A stretch of 64,000 bases of DNA from Gemmatimonadota bacterium (GTDB taxonomy: Bacteria > Gemmatimonadota > Gemmatimonadetes > Gemmatimonadales > GWC2-71-9): assembly GCA_046726475.1 (NCBI GenBank), contig JBKPAO010000009.1, forward strand, positions 7,480 through 71,479. Reading direction: 5' to 3'. The notes beneath the pieces are model-generated. The model had not been told where the DNA came from. It did no database searches and saw only the letters and a program-made list of their open reading frames with translations. Every line of letters starts with the position of its first letter. Position 1 is the stretch's first letter. Positions 9,452 through 18,320 of the stretch are shown one piece after another. The translations under genes and the position numbers were made by a program.

Positions 9452-9544
9452 CGCCGCCGTCCGGCTCGGGGCGACATCGCTGAATCACTAGTCATGGTGC
9501 TGAACTGGTTCGACGAGCTGCGGGCGAAAGTGCCGGCGCGGTAG
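9452..9544 (+). pseudogene. C-terminal remnant of a Ser/Thr kinase-beta-propeller-type gene
   Basis: Translates to ...ESLVMVLNWFDELRAKVPAR*, resembling the VVLNWFEEL tail of those proteins; no upstream gene body. Confidence 0.6.
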
Positions 9545-9580
9545 GGCGGGAAAGACGGGAAGGGCGGGAAGGTAGCCGTG

Positions 9581-9697
9581 ACACCTCATCCGAGAGAGCG
9601 GAGACGAGCGAGGAACCTACTCCGATAAGTATCGAAACTCGTGAAGTAGGTCCCTCGCGGAGTTCATCCTGGGCGTAGCGAAGGACTCGGGATGAGG
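9581..9697. repeat. REP-like palindromic element, copy B
   Basis: ACACCTCATCC...GGATGAGG ends; internal GAGGAACCTAC/GTAGGTCCCTC; flanked by complementary purine and pyrimidine short repeats. Confidence 0.75.
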
Positions 9698-9729
9698 GGC
9701 CTTCTATTCCGCCTATCCCGTCCTTCCCG

Positions 9730-10248
9730 CTACCGCCTCCCGCTCACCACTTCTCCTTCAAACGCCCGTTCCAACTCCGCGATGTCCAGCTTCTTCATCT
9801 TGAGCATCGCCTCCATCGCGCGGCCGGACTTCTCCCGGTCGGGATCGCCCAACAGCTCCACCAGGGCCGTAGGCACGACCTGCCAGGACAGACCGTACTT
9901 GTCCTTGAGCCAGCCGCACTGCTGAGCGTTGGGGTCTCCGCCTTGACCGAGCTTGTTCCAGTAGTAGTCGACCTCCTCTTGATCCTTGCACATGATCTGG
10001 AACGAAATCGCCTCATTGAACTTGAAATGGGGCCCACCGTTGAGGGCGGTAAACGGTTGACCGTTGAGCTCGAACTCGACGGTCATCACCTTCCCCGCTG
10101 GCTGGCCATGGACATCGCGTCCCGCCTCGGTGTATCGCGAGATCTTGCCGATCTTGGAGGTCTTGAAGACACCGGTGTAGAACCTGGCTGCCTCTTCGGC
10201 CTGAGTGTCGAACCAGAGGCAGGGGGTAATTGGTTGAGTAGCAGCCAT
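9730..10248 (-). CDS. VOC/PhnB-like protein (3-demethylubiquinone-9 3-methyltransferase family)
   Basis: ITPCLWFDTQAEEAA, ALNGGPHFKFNEAISF, CGWLKDKYGLSWQVVP. Confidence 0.92.
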   Translation of the reverse strand: MAATQPITPCLWFDTQAEEAARFYTGVFKTSKIGKISRYTEAGRDVHGQPAGKVMTVEFELNGQPFTALNGGPHFKFNEAISFQIMCKDQEEVDYYWNKLGQGGDPNAQQCGWLKDKYGLSWQVVPTALVELLGDPDREKSGRAMEAMLKMKKLDIAELERAFEGEVVSGRR

Positions 10249-10342
10249 GATTCATCTCCTTGGTTGCAGTCAATGTGAATACGGGCGGAGCCTCGTCTCG
10301 CTACCTGCCGCTCCTTCCGCCTCTTCCGCCACTTCGCCCTTC

Positions 10343-11038
10343 CTACTTGCGCCCTCCTACCGGCGCGGCGCCTCCGGCCTTCGCCCGGAATCCGGCAGGA
10401 CGCTCCGGCTTCGCATCGGCGAGCGCCTTCTTGACCCCGGCGGCATCGAGGTCGGTGCCGTACACCGGAGTCGCCGGCTGCTGCCGCCACGACTCGTCGA
10501 GGCTTCCTGCGTCCACTCCGTCGAAGCCGAGCTGGTCCAGTAGCCGAATCACGACGTCCTTGGCGCGGCGGTCGTCGCCCGCGACCGGAAGGGCTATACG
10601 TCCCGCTGCGCCCTTGGGTTTCCCGTTCTCCAGCAAGTGTCGCGCGTAGATGTTGTTGAATGCCTTGACCACCGGACGACCGAGCTGCTGCGACGTCCAT
10701 TGCCCCTCGGCCATCCCGTCCTCAATTTCATCGATTCGGCCGTCGCGCTGCTGCGGATAGTAGTTGCCGGTGTCCACCACAACCACATCAGCGGGCACGC
10801 CGTCGAACAGGTCGGCCGGGAGCTTCGCGATGTTCTTCATTGGGATGGTCACGATGACGATGTCCCCTGCCCTTGCGGCGTCCCTGACGGTGACCGGCTT
10901 CGCCCCGGTCTCCTTCGCGAGAGCGTTCAGCGTCTCCGGCCCCCGCGAGTTGGCGATAGAGACGTCGTGTCCTAATGCAGTGAGGCGTCGTGCCAGGGTC
11001 CCGCCGATCTGGCCCGCGCCGATGATGCCGATTCTCAT
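10343..11038 (-). CDS. NADP oxidoreductase, F420-dependent family
   Basis: MRIGIIGAGQIG Rossmann motif, ANSRGPETL, DTGNYYP, VVKAFNNI. Confidence 0.9.
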   Translation of the reverse strand: MRIGIIGAGQIGGTLARRLTALGHDVSIANSRGPETLNALAKETGAKPVTVRDAARAGDIVIVTIPMKNIAKLPADLFDGVPADVVVVDTGNYYPQQRDGRIDEIEDGMAEGQWTSQQLGRPVVKAFNNIYARHLLENGKPKGAAGRIALPVAGDDRRAKDVVIRLLDQLGFDGVDAGSLDESWRQQPATPVYGTDLDAAGVKKALADAKPERPAGFRAKAGGAAPVGGRK

Positions 11039-11078
11039 GCCTCCTCCTTGATGATGCCGATTCTCATGCCTCCTCCTT
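11021..11078. repeat. Perfect 29-bp tandem duplication spanning RBS and start codon
   Basis: GATGATGCCGATTCTCATGCCTCCTCCTT at 11021-11049 and 11050-11078. Confidence 0.95.
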
Positions 11079-11167
11079 ATAGTGCTCCATTGCCGGCCGC
11101 CAGTGCTCGCGGCCATGTCGCAGTCTAAGCGGGTAGACGGGAAGGCGGGAAGGCGGGAAGGCGCTAG

Positions 11168-11358
11168 CCCTTGCCTCCACCGCGACCACGATGCAGACTA
11201 GACCACGGCGCTCGATCCGCGCCCAACCTCTTCGACCCTGCCCCAGCCGGGTCCTGGTGAGGCAAAGGGGGGCACACTCCCGGATCCATCTGATATTCCT
11301 TTGGTACGCTGCGGGCGTCGCCGCTGGGGGGTGAATCGCTCGCGGCACGACCAAAGGA
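11168..11358 (+). promoter_or_regulatory. Candidate structured leader with RBS-sequestering hairpin
   Basis: CCCTTGCCTCCACC pairs imperfectly with GGTGAGGCAAAGGG; TCCTTTGGT pairs with ACCAAAGGA, which contains the RBS. Confidence 0.5.
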
Positions 11359-11366
11359 CTCTAGCA

Positions 11367-12056
11367 ATGCCTACCAATAAAGACTTCAAGCGGCTGGTCC
11401 GCGGGCGCATGCGGAAGACCGGCGAGGCGTACACCACCGCCCGGGCTCATCTTCTCAAGCAGAAGCCGCGGCCCACTGACTCTACCTCTTCATCGCCTCA
11501 ACCAACCGATTACGCCAAGCTCGCTGGCCGAAGCGACGCGATTCTCAAGGAGAGGACCGGCTGCACCTGGGAGCGCTGGGTGAAGGCGCTCGACCGGTCG
11601 AAGGCGTACACCTGGCCGCACCGCGACATCGCGAAGCACGTGCAGGAGAGGTACAAGGTGCCGGGCTGGTGGGCGCAGACGGTGACGGTAGGGTACGAGC
11701 GGATCAAGGGGCTCCGTGCGGTGGGTCAGCGGCGGGACGGCACCTTCGAGGCCAATAAGAGCCGAACGTTCGCAGTGCCACTCGCTCGGCTCTATCAGGC
11801 ATTCGAGGATGGGCGGGTTCGCGCGCGCTGGCTTCCCAATGTGGATCTCACGGTGCGCACCGCGACCCGAGACAAGTCGATGCGGATCACCTGGCCCGAT
11901 CGAACGTCGCTCGAAGTCGGCTTCATGGCGAAGGGAAGCCGAAAGAGCCAGGTCGCGCTGCAGCACACGAAGCTGCCGGAGAAGGCCGCAGCGACCCGAA
12001 TGAAGCAGTACTGGGCGCAGCGGTTGGATGATTTGGCTGAGGTGTTGACTCAATAG
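11367..12056 (+). CDS. Hypothetical protein: basic N-terminal helix, DUF4287-like region, SRPBCC-like C-terminus
   Basis: KDFKRLVRGRMRKTGEAYTTAR; KERTGCTWERW; GWWAQTVTVGYER; VALQHTKLP. Confidence 0.75.
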   Translation: MPTNKDFKRLVRGRMRKTGEAYTTARAHLLKQKPRPTDSTSSSPQPTDYAKLAGRSDAILKERTGCTWERWVKALDRSKAYTWPHRDIAKHVQERYKVPGWWAQTVTVGYERIKGLRAVGQRRDGTFEANKSRTFAVPLARLYQAFEDGRVRARWLPNVDLTVRTATRDKSMRITWPDRTSLEVGFMAKGSRKSQVALQHTKLPEKAAATRMKQYWAQRLDDLAEVLTQ

Positions 12057-12090
12057 ACTTACGGCAGCTCGCGCAGCGGCCTTTCCCAGC

Positions 12091-12212
12091 GTAGCGAGAG
12101 AACCGAGTAAACTACCCTTCGCGGATCTCAACCGCACGGTAGGTTGGGAGGTTCTTCGCTACGCTCGGAACGACCTCTGGATGGACTTCCTCGCTTCGCT
12201 CGTGATGAGGTG
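12091..12212. repeat. Degenerate REP-like element, copy C
   Basis: GTAGCGAGAGAACC / GGTTCTTCGCTAC arms; right end GATGAGGTG is complementary to the CACCTCATC left end of copies A and B. Confidence 0.6.
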
Positions 12213-12327
12213 CCGTCTAAATTCAGACCGCCTGTCCGCCGGCGGCTCTCTGGGAGCGCTGGTGGATGGTTTGTTTTCCAAGGGCGAGCCAGGATCGCGA
12301 GCTGACAGCGAGGGAATGAGGTAATCT

Positions 12328-12708
12328 GTGCCATCAATCACTCACCACCTAACCTTTCGGCACACCGCGCGAGCGATGTTCCAGCACGGCGCGGCGCTCC
12401 TCTGTCTCGTCTTCATTGCGCTCGCGATCGGCATGTCGATCTATCACTGGGCTGCACGTCTGCCGTGGACCGACGCGTTCCTAAATGCGGCGATGATCCT
12501 GGGAGGGATGGGTCCGGTTGACCGGCTTTCGACCACTATGGCGAAATGGTTGGCGGGGTTCTACGCGCTCTTCTCCGGCCTGGTTTTCCTCGTGGTCGCC
12601 GGAGCGATGCTAGCTCCGCTGGTACACTCCGTGTTGCATCTGTTTCACGCCGAGCCACCCGAGCCTAAGAATGTTGGCCGGCCGAAGTCCCCAGGCTCGG
12701 CACACTGA
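12328..12708 (+). CDS. Small two-TM membrane protein with ion-channel pore-like segment
   Basis: TM - DAFLNAAMILGGMGP - TM arrangement. Confidence 0.7.
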   Translation: MPSITHHLTFRHTARAMFQHGAALLCLVFIALAIGMSIYHWAARLPWTDAFLNAAMILGGMGPVDRLSTTMAKWLAGFYALFSGLVFLVVAGAMLAPLVHSVLHLFHAEPPEPKNVGRPKSPGSAH

Positions 12709-12819
12709 CAGGAGATCACCGTGGCGCAGCACGACCGTATCCGCCAAGCACCAGCCGCTGACGGAACCAGGCTGCTTCGACCTACGTACGCATTGCCAGG
12801 CCTATCTCCAGGAAGACTC

Positions 12820-14895
12820 ATGAATATGGTTCGTACGACCTCTCGTTTCTGCATGATCGCCATAGCGTTAGCTAGCCGGCTTCCGCTGTCTGCTTCCGCC
12901 CAAACCGATCACGCAACCGATTCCACCGGGATCGATCTCACCGGTATGGATCGCTCGGTCAAGCCGGGCGACGATTTCTTCGCCTATTCCAACGGCACCT
13001 GGGTGAAGCAGACCGAGATTCCCGCCGACCGGAGCTCCTACGGCGCGGGCGCAATTCTGGGCGATCTCACCGACCGTCGAGTAGCCGATCTGATTCAAGC
13101 GGCAGCCAAGGGTTCTGCGCCAGGAGGCTCTGACCGCCGCAAGATCGGCGACTTCTACGCCAGCTTCATGGACAGCACGGGGATCGACGCGGCCGGTCTG
13201 AAGCCGCTCAAGCCGACGCTCGACTCCATTGCTGCCATCAAGGATCGAAAGGCGCTGGCCCACTTCCTCGGTTCAACCCTCCGGGCCGACGTCGACGCGC
13301 TCAACAACACCAACTTCTACACCGAGAACCTGCTCGGCCTCTGGGTCGCCCAAGACCTCGACGATCCAACCCAGTACTCCCCGTTCCTGCTCCAAGGTGG
13401 CCTCGGCCTGCCCGACCGGAGCTACTACGTCGACACTTCCTCGGCGATGGCCACGATCCGCTCCAAGTACCAGGAGCACGTGGCCGCGATGTTGGGACTC
13501 GCCGGGATCCCGGACAGCGCCAAGAAGGCCGCAGGGATCGTCCAGCTCGAGAGCAAAATCGCGAACGCGCACTGGACCAGAGAGGCGTCGGGCGATGTGA
13601 GCAAGGGCAACAATCACTGGAAGCGATCAGACTTCACCAGTAAGGCACCGGGTCTCGACTGGGGGACCTACTTTACCGCCGCGGGCCTGACGAAGCCGGC
13701 CCAATTCGTCGTGTGGCAACCCAGCGCCATCACCGGCGTCGCCGCACTCACAGACAGCGAGCCGCTCGATACCTGGAAGGACTACCTGACCTTCCACGCG
13801 ATTCAGTCGCGCGTCTCAGTCCTGCCGGGCGCTCTCTACCGGCAGTCCTTCTCCTTCTTCGGCCCGGTGCTGAGTGGAGCGCAGAAGCCGCGGGACCGCT
13901 GGAAGCGTGCGGTCACCGCCACCAACAACGCGCTCGGCTTTTCGGTCGGAAAGCTCTACGCCGCGCGCTACTTCCCGCCGGCGGAAAAGGCGCGGGCGGA
14001 GTCGATGGTCACCAACCTGATCGCCGCATTCCATGACCGGATCGACGGTCTGGCCTGGATGGCACCCGCCACCAAGAAGGAGGCCAAGGCCAAGCTCGCC
14101 GTGCTTAAGGTGGGCGTCGGCTATCCAGACAAATGGCCGGGGTATTCCGGCCTTCGGATCGTCAAAGGGGATGCCTACGGCAACATGGAGCGCGCCCGGC
14201 TCTACGAATACCACCGAGCGCTCAACCGCTTGGGCCAACCGGTGGACCGGAGCGAGTGGGTGATGACGCCGCAGACGGTGAACGCGGTCAACCTCCCGGC
14301 GATGAACGCGCTCAACTTCCCCGCCGCAATCCTAGGGCCGCCCTACTTCGACCCCAAACGCCCGATCGCCATGGACTACGGCGCCATCGGCTCGATCATT
14401 GGGCACGAGGTGAGTCACAGCTTCGACAACCAGGGCGCGTTGTTTGACTCCCGGGGACGGCTGCACAACTGGTGGACTCCAGCGGACTTCAAGCACTTCC
14501 AGGCGTCGTCGCAGCAGTTGGTGGAACAGTTCAACCAGTACCGGCCGTTCCCCGACCTCGCCATCAACGGCCAGCAGACCCTGGGCGAGAATATCGCCGA
14601 CGTGGCCGGCCTCGCCGCCGCCTACGACGCATTTCATCGCTCGCTGGGCGGGAAACCGGCGCCCGCCGTGGAGGGACTCACCGGCGACCAACAGTTCTTC
14701 ATCAGCTTCGCCCAGGGCTGGCGCACCAAGACGCGCGAACCTTCGATGCGGAACCTGATCCTGACCGATGGCCACGCGCCGGCACAGTATCGCGCCTCGA
14801 CCGTGAGAAACCTGGACCCCTGGTATGCCGCGTTCGATGTGAAGCCGGGAGAGAAGCTGTACCTGACGGAGGGCGAGAGGGTGAGGGTGTGGTAG
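12820..14895 (+). CDS. M13 family metallopeptidase (neprilysin/PepO-like)
   Basis: VKPGDDFF, VNA, GHEVSHSFD zinc motif, GENIAD; signal peptide; start codon uncertain. Confidence 0.95.
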   Translation: MNMVRTTSRFCMIAIALASRLPLSASAQTDHATDSTGIDLTGMDRSVKPGDDFFAYSNGTWVKQTEIPADRSSYGAGAILGDLTDRRVADLIQAAAKGSAPGGSDRRKIGDFYASFMDSTGIDAAGLKPLKPTLDSIAAIKDRKALAHFLGSTLRADVDALNNTNFYTENLLGLWVAQDLDDPTQYSPFLLQGGLGLPDRSYYVDTSSAMATIRSKYQEHVAAMLGLAGIPDSAKKAAGIVQLESKIANAHWTREASGDVSKGNNHWKRSDFTSKAPGLDWGTYFTAAGLTKPAQFVVWQPSAITGVAALTDSEPLDTWKDYLTFHAIQSRVSVLPGALYRQSFSFFGPVLSGAQKPRDRWKRAVTATNNALGFSVGKLYAARYFPPAEKARAESMVTNLIAAFHDRIDGLAWMAPATKKEAKAKLAVLKVGVGYPDKWPGYSGLRIVKGDAYGNMERARLYEYHRALNRLGQPVDRSEWVMTPQTVNAVNLPAMNALNFPAAILGPPYFDPKRPIAMDYGAIGSIIGHEVSHSFDNQGALFDSRGRLHNWWTPADFKHFQASSQQLVEQFNQYRPFPDLAINGQQTLGENIADVAGLAAAYDAFHRSLGGKPAPAVEGLTGDQQFFISFAQGWRTKTREPSMRNLILTDGHAPAQYRASTVRNLDPWYAAFDVKPGEKLYLTEGERVRVW

Positions 14896-14917
14896 GGAGG
14901 TAAACGACGAGGCCACC

Positions 14918-15445
14918 ATGAAGATGTCCGTCTTCATCGGCGCCAGCGTGGACGGCTTCATCGCCCGATCGGGCGGCGAGCTCGATTGGCTTCCCCCGGG
15001 TGGTGGGGAGGAGCACGGCTACGAGGCGTTCATGGACTCGGTCGATGCGCTGGTGATCGGCCGCCATACGTACGAGACCGTACTGAGCTTCGATGCTTGG
15101 CCGTATGGGAAGAAGCCGGTGTTCGTACTGAGCACTCGGCCACTGGCCCCCGCGCCTGCTGGAGCCGTGGTGGAACACCTGTCAGGGACCCCGGCCAAGA
15201 TCGTGTCGCAGCTCGAGGCACGCGGCGTCCGGCATGTCTACGTAGATGGAGGAATTACTATCCAGGGGTTTCTACGGGCAGAGCTCATTCAGCGGATCAT
15301 CATCACCCGCGTTCCGGTCCTGATTGGTGAGGGCATTCCTCTGTTCGGCGTCACCGGACGGGACATTCCGCTCAAGCACATAGCGACGCGGCAATACGCC
15401 AGCGGCTTGGTTCAGACTGAGTACGCCGTCCTCGGGAGGTCCTAG
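14918..15445 (+). CDS. Dihydrofolate reductase / RibD C-terminal family protein
   Basis: ASVDGFIA, IGRHTYE, YVDGG, PVLIGEGIPLF. Confidence 0.9.
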   Translation: MKMSVFIGASVDGFIARSGGELDWLPPGGGEEHGYEAFMDSVDALVIGRHTYETVLSFDAWPYGKKPVFVLSTRPLAPAPAGAVVEHLSGTPAKIVSQLEARGVRHVYVDGGITIQGFLRAELIQRIIITRVPVLIGEGIPLFGVTGRDIPLKHIATRQYASGLVQTEYAVLGRS

Positions 15446-16026
15446 TGCGTGCCCTCCACTCAGCTTTTGGTGCTACTGCAGCAGTCGCGGCTCTTGCGCT
15501 TTCAAGTTGCCGCTCGGAAACCCAGAACGTTGCGGCAGCCGCCGGATATCATGCCCAAAAGCCTCGGCCCGCCGTCATCGGCCCAGAGGAGGGCGAGCGC
15601 CGCTTCTTGCGGGGTGGCAAGGCGCCGCTTCTGATAAAGGTCGATCCCGTGACCACCGGCTCGAACCGAATGGTGCTGGGCAGCTCCGACCTTCCACCCA
15701 GCGATGCCATCGGGGTGCACCGTCACCTGCAGGAGGACGAGATCATTCTCATCACCCGCGGCACCGCGCGGGTCCTGCTCGGCAAGGAGACCTATACGGG
15801 AGGCGCCGGCACTACAGTCTTTATTCCCCAGGGCACCTGCATCGCCGTCAGCAACATCGGCTCCGATACCATGTCCAACGTGTTCATCTTCTCGTCTCCA
15901 GGGTTTGAGCGGATCATGCGAGAAGTCTCGTCGCCGGTCGGCGCACCCCCGAAGACGGTCTCACCCGCGGAGCGCGCGGCGGCGTTCCACCGTGGCCACG
16001 CCGAGGCCGCCCCCGCCGATTGCTGA
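15445..16026 (+). CDS. Cupin domain lipoprotein
   Basis: Lipobox LSSC; VHRHLQEDE cupin motif. Confidence 0.75.
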   Translation: MRALHSAFGATAAVAALALSSCRSETQNVAAAAGYHAQKPRPAVIGPEEGERRFLRGGKAPLLIKVDPVTTGSNRMVLGSSDLPPSDAIGVHRHLQEDEIILITRGTARVLLGKETYTGGAGTTVFIPQGTCIAVSNIGSDTMSNVFIFSSPGFERIMREVSSPVGAPPKTVSPAERAAAFHRGHAEAAPADC

Positions 16027-16056
16027 CGATAGAAGCAACTCGCCGGGAGGCTGAGG

Positions 16057-16335
16057 TTGTCACACACCATTAAAGTCATAGCGGGTGGATTCGTGCTCCT
16101 TGCGCTCTGCTTGGTGGTCAGCCGCTCGCTCGCGCCGAGCCTTGCAATCGGAGTCGCCAATGCGGTCAGAGTCTTCCTCCCCCTCTGGCTCATCGCCTCG
16201 GCGGTCAATATGTGGATCGGTGTTTCTCGCGCCGGCTACTCGGTCCGTGAGGAAGCGCCCATCTTCCTGGTAGTGTTCGCGGTACCCGCCGCTCTGGCGC
16301 TCCTGGTGTTGTGGAAGTTCTCGCGGGGAAATTAG
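16057..16335 (+). CDS. Small membrane protein
   Basis: Three hydrophobic segments; NMWIGVSRAGYSVREEAPIF motif. Confidence 0.7.
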   Translation: MSHTIKVIAGGFVLLALCLVVSRSLAPSLAIGVANAVRVFLPLWLIASAVNMWIGVSRAGYSVREEAPIFLVVFAVPAALALLVLWKFSRGN

Positions 16336-16343
16336 AGGTCCCA

Positions 16344-16706
16344 ATGCCCAGACTCATCGAGCGCCCCGCTGTGATTCAGGGGGCGGGCAACAAACCGAAG
16401 CGGATCGAGGAATACGCCGGCCGGATAAACTCCGGTCACGCCGCGGTCAGCGTCGCTCGGATGGTCTCTCCCGGCGGGTGGGAAGAGCCGGGTCAGCGCC
16501 CCGAGTTCGAGGAGATCACCCTCGTGCTGCGCGGACGGGTCCGGGTGGAACACGAGGGTGGCAAGCTCGAGGTGCTTGCTGGGCAGGCGGTGATTGCTGC
16601 GCCGGGCGAGTGGGTCCGCTACAGCACGCCGGATCCGGAGGGCGCGGAGTACATCGCCGTTTGCTTCCCCGCTTTCTCGCCGGCCGTCGTTCACCGGGAT
16701 CCATAA
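16344..16706 (+). CDS. Cupin domain protein
   Basis: GNKPKRIEEYAGR, GWEEPGQRPEFEE, GEWVRYSTP. Confidence 0.85.
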   Translation: MPRLIERPAVIQGAGNKPKRIEEYAGRINSGHAAVSVARMVSPGGWEEPGQRPEFEEITLVLRGRVRVEHEGGKLEVLAGQAVIAAPGEWVRYSTPDPEGAEYIAVCFPAFSPAVVHRDP

Positions 16707-16707
16707 G

Positions 16708-17070
16708 TTGCCCGAGCCGGCCTCTGATCCTCGCGTTTACTTCGCCGCCGAGCGCACGATGCTGGCCTGGCTCCGCACCGGGATCGCAATCATGGCATTT
16801 GGCTTCGTGGTGGCCAGGTTCGGGCTCTTCCTTCGTCTGCTCCGCGCTCAGGGCGGGCCAGTGGGTCACGGGATCTCGCCCTATCTCGGGGCAGCGCTCG
16901 TCGCACTCGGCGTGGTGGCGACCGGCGGAGGCGCGCTTCGGTATCAACGGTTCTGCCGGACCCTACCGGCCGCGGATCGGCCGCCCTCCGCAAGTCCGGC
17001 GTTCGGGCTCGGACTCAGCTGGGCCTTGGTCATCATCGGTATAGTCCTCGGCATCGTCTTGCTGGTATGA
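16708..17070 (+). CDS. YidH / DUF202 membrane protein
   Basis: DPRVYFAAERTMLAWLRTG signature. Confidence 0.9.
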   Translation: MPEPASDPRVYFAAERTMLAWLRTGIAIMAFGFVVARFGLFLRLLRAQGGPVGHGISPYLGAALVALGVVATGGGALRYQRFCRTLPAADRPPSASPAFGLGLSWALVIIGIVLGIVLLV

Positions 17071-17281
17071 CCTGACGGTTTCCAACGAGCCACGACTCCA
17101 TCTCAGGAGTTCCCTACTTCCGCGCGGTCAAGTGTGACAGCTGCCGGATCGCGCTGCCCGGCCGAGCCGCCTCGGTTCGCGTACCCGCCTCTTGTGAACC
17201 CAGCCGGAATGCCATAGTGTGGAGAAGGCCGGTTTCCGCGTCTTAGAGACGTAGGATCGGCAGAGTCATCCGGAGGTCGTC

Positions 17282-17899
17282 ATGCGCGCCACCTTCCTTT
17301 TCCCATTATCCATCACCTTAGTAGTTGTCGCCGGGTGCGGCTCCCACGTAAAGGAGCAGGCGGCACGTTCCGATCTGGAGCGAGATCTCACTCTGGTGAG
17401 CAAGGCTCCCGAAACCGCGATCGCCTCGCCGATCGAGTTGGGTCGGCTCTCGGCTCAGTCGGGTAGCACCGTTGCCCTACGGCGAACGGCCCGGCACCGG
17501 CCCGCCCGGCGCTCGACCGCGAGCGCGCCCAGGCCGGTTCAGGTGGCCGCGGCCGCCGCGCCAGGGACCACCACGGCTCCAGCGCCGTCTTCGGTGGTCC
17601 AGCCCACTAACACCGCGCCGGTCGCGGCAGACCCGCACGAGCTGCCGCCCGGGAAGACCGTCACCATCATTCCAGTGAGCAACGGTCCCTCCACCGCTGC
17701 TGGAGGCCGGGGCCCGGACGAGTTCCCAACGCCCGGATACGGCACCGGCGGCAGCGGCATGGGTGGGGGTGGCAGCGGTATGGGCGGCGGCGGCAGCGGA
17801 ATGGGTGGTGGTGGCAGCGGCATGGGCGGCGACTGTCCCCGTCCTACCATTGGGCCTGGCGTCGGGATCGCGGGTCGTCCGCGGGGGATTCTGTACTAG
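17282..17899 (+). CDS. Low-complexity lipoprotein with GSGMGGG repeats
   Basis: GGAGG RBS; lipobox VAGC; four 21-bp units at about 17750-17830. Confidence 0.7.
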   Translation: MRATFLFPLSITLVVVAGCGSHVKEQAARSDLERDLTLVSKAPETAIASPIELGRLSAQSGSTVALRRTARHRPARRSTASAPRPVQVAAAAAPGTTTAPAPSSVVQPTNTAPVAADPHELPPGKTVTIIPVSNGPSTAAGGRGPDEFPTPGYGTGGSGMGGGGSGMGGGGSGMGGGGSGMGGDCPRPTIGPGVGIAGRPRGILY

Positions 17900-17980
17900 A
17901 CGGAGGGACGGAGGGTCGTAAAGACGACCCTCCGTCTTTCCGTCTCTTCGTCTCTTCTACTGCGTCGCTCCGTCTCTCGA
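17898..17980 (+). terminator. Hairpin plus pyrimidine octamer repeats
   Basis: GACGGAGGGTCGT-AAAG-ACGACCCTCCGTC followed by TTT and CGTCTCTT repeats. Confidence 0.6.
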
Positions 17981-18071
17981 CTACCAGATCCCCCGGCCTC
18001 CACTCCACCGCTCGCGATCCAGCGTCACTCGGCACCTGGCCATCTCGGCAAGAGAGGACGATCTTGCGCTC

Positions 18072-18263
18072 ATGCGTATACCTCAGCCTGAGCCTCATCC
18101 TCAGCCGTTTCCCGAGCCCGGAGATCCGTCTCGCCGCCCGAGTCCCCCGCCCCGCCCCGAGCCTCAACCGGATGGCGCACCCGACTTCGATCCGGAGCCA
18201 AGACCCAAGCCGGTGTCGTGGGAGAGCCTCGGGCCATGGGCTATGCGCTGCGCCGGTGCGTAG
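18072..18263 (+). CDS. Possible small proline-rich protein
   Basis: 63 aa PQPEP-rich ORF filling an intergenic gap; weak RBS. Confidence 0.4.
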   Translation: MRIPQPEPHPQPFPEPGDPSRRPSPPPRPEPQPDGAPDFDPEPRPKPVSWESLGPWAMRCAGA

Positions 18264-18320
18264 GTAGCACGACGCAGCTCTCCGGAACAGCTCCTAGCCC
18301 ACAGCCCACAGCGTCGTCCT

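Noticed and set aside
8401-9495. Long antisense ORFs (also 724-1590, 4772-5740, 24968-25912, 53903-54949, 62896-63837)
   Set aside because: Shadow ORFs of well-supported genes in high-GC DNA, with no recognisable motifs
3320-12240. CRISPR array among the intergenic repeats
   Set aside because: No regularly spaced identical repeats with unique spacers, and no cas genes
12328-12708. Bona fide potassium channel
   Set aside because: The filter-like segment is GGMGP, not TVGYG, so the function is unassigned
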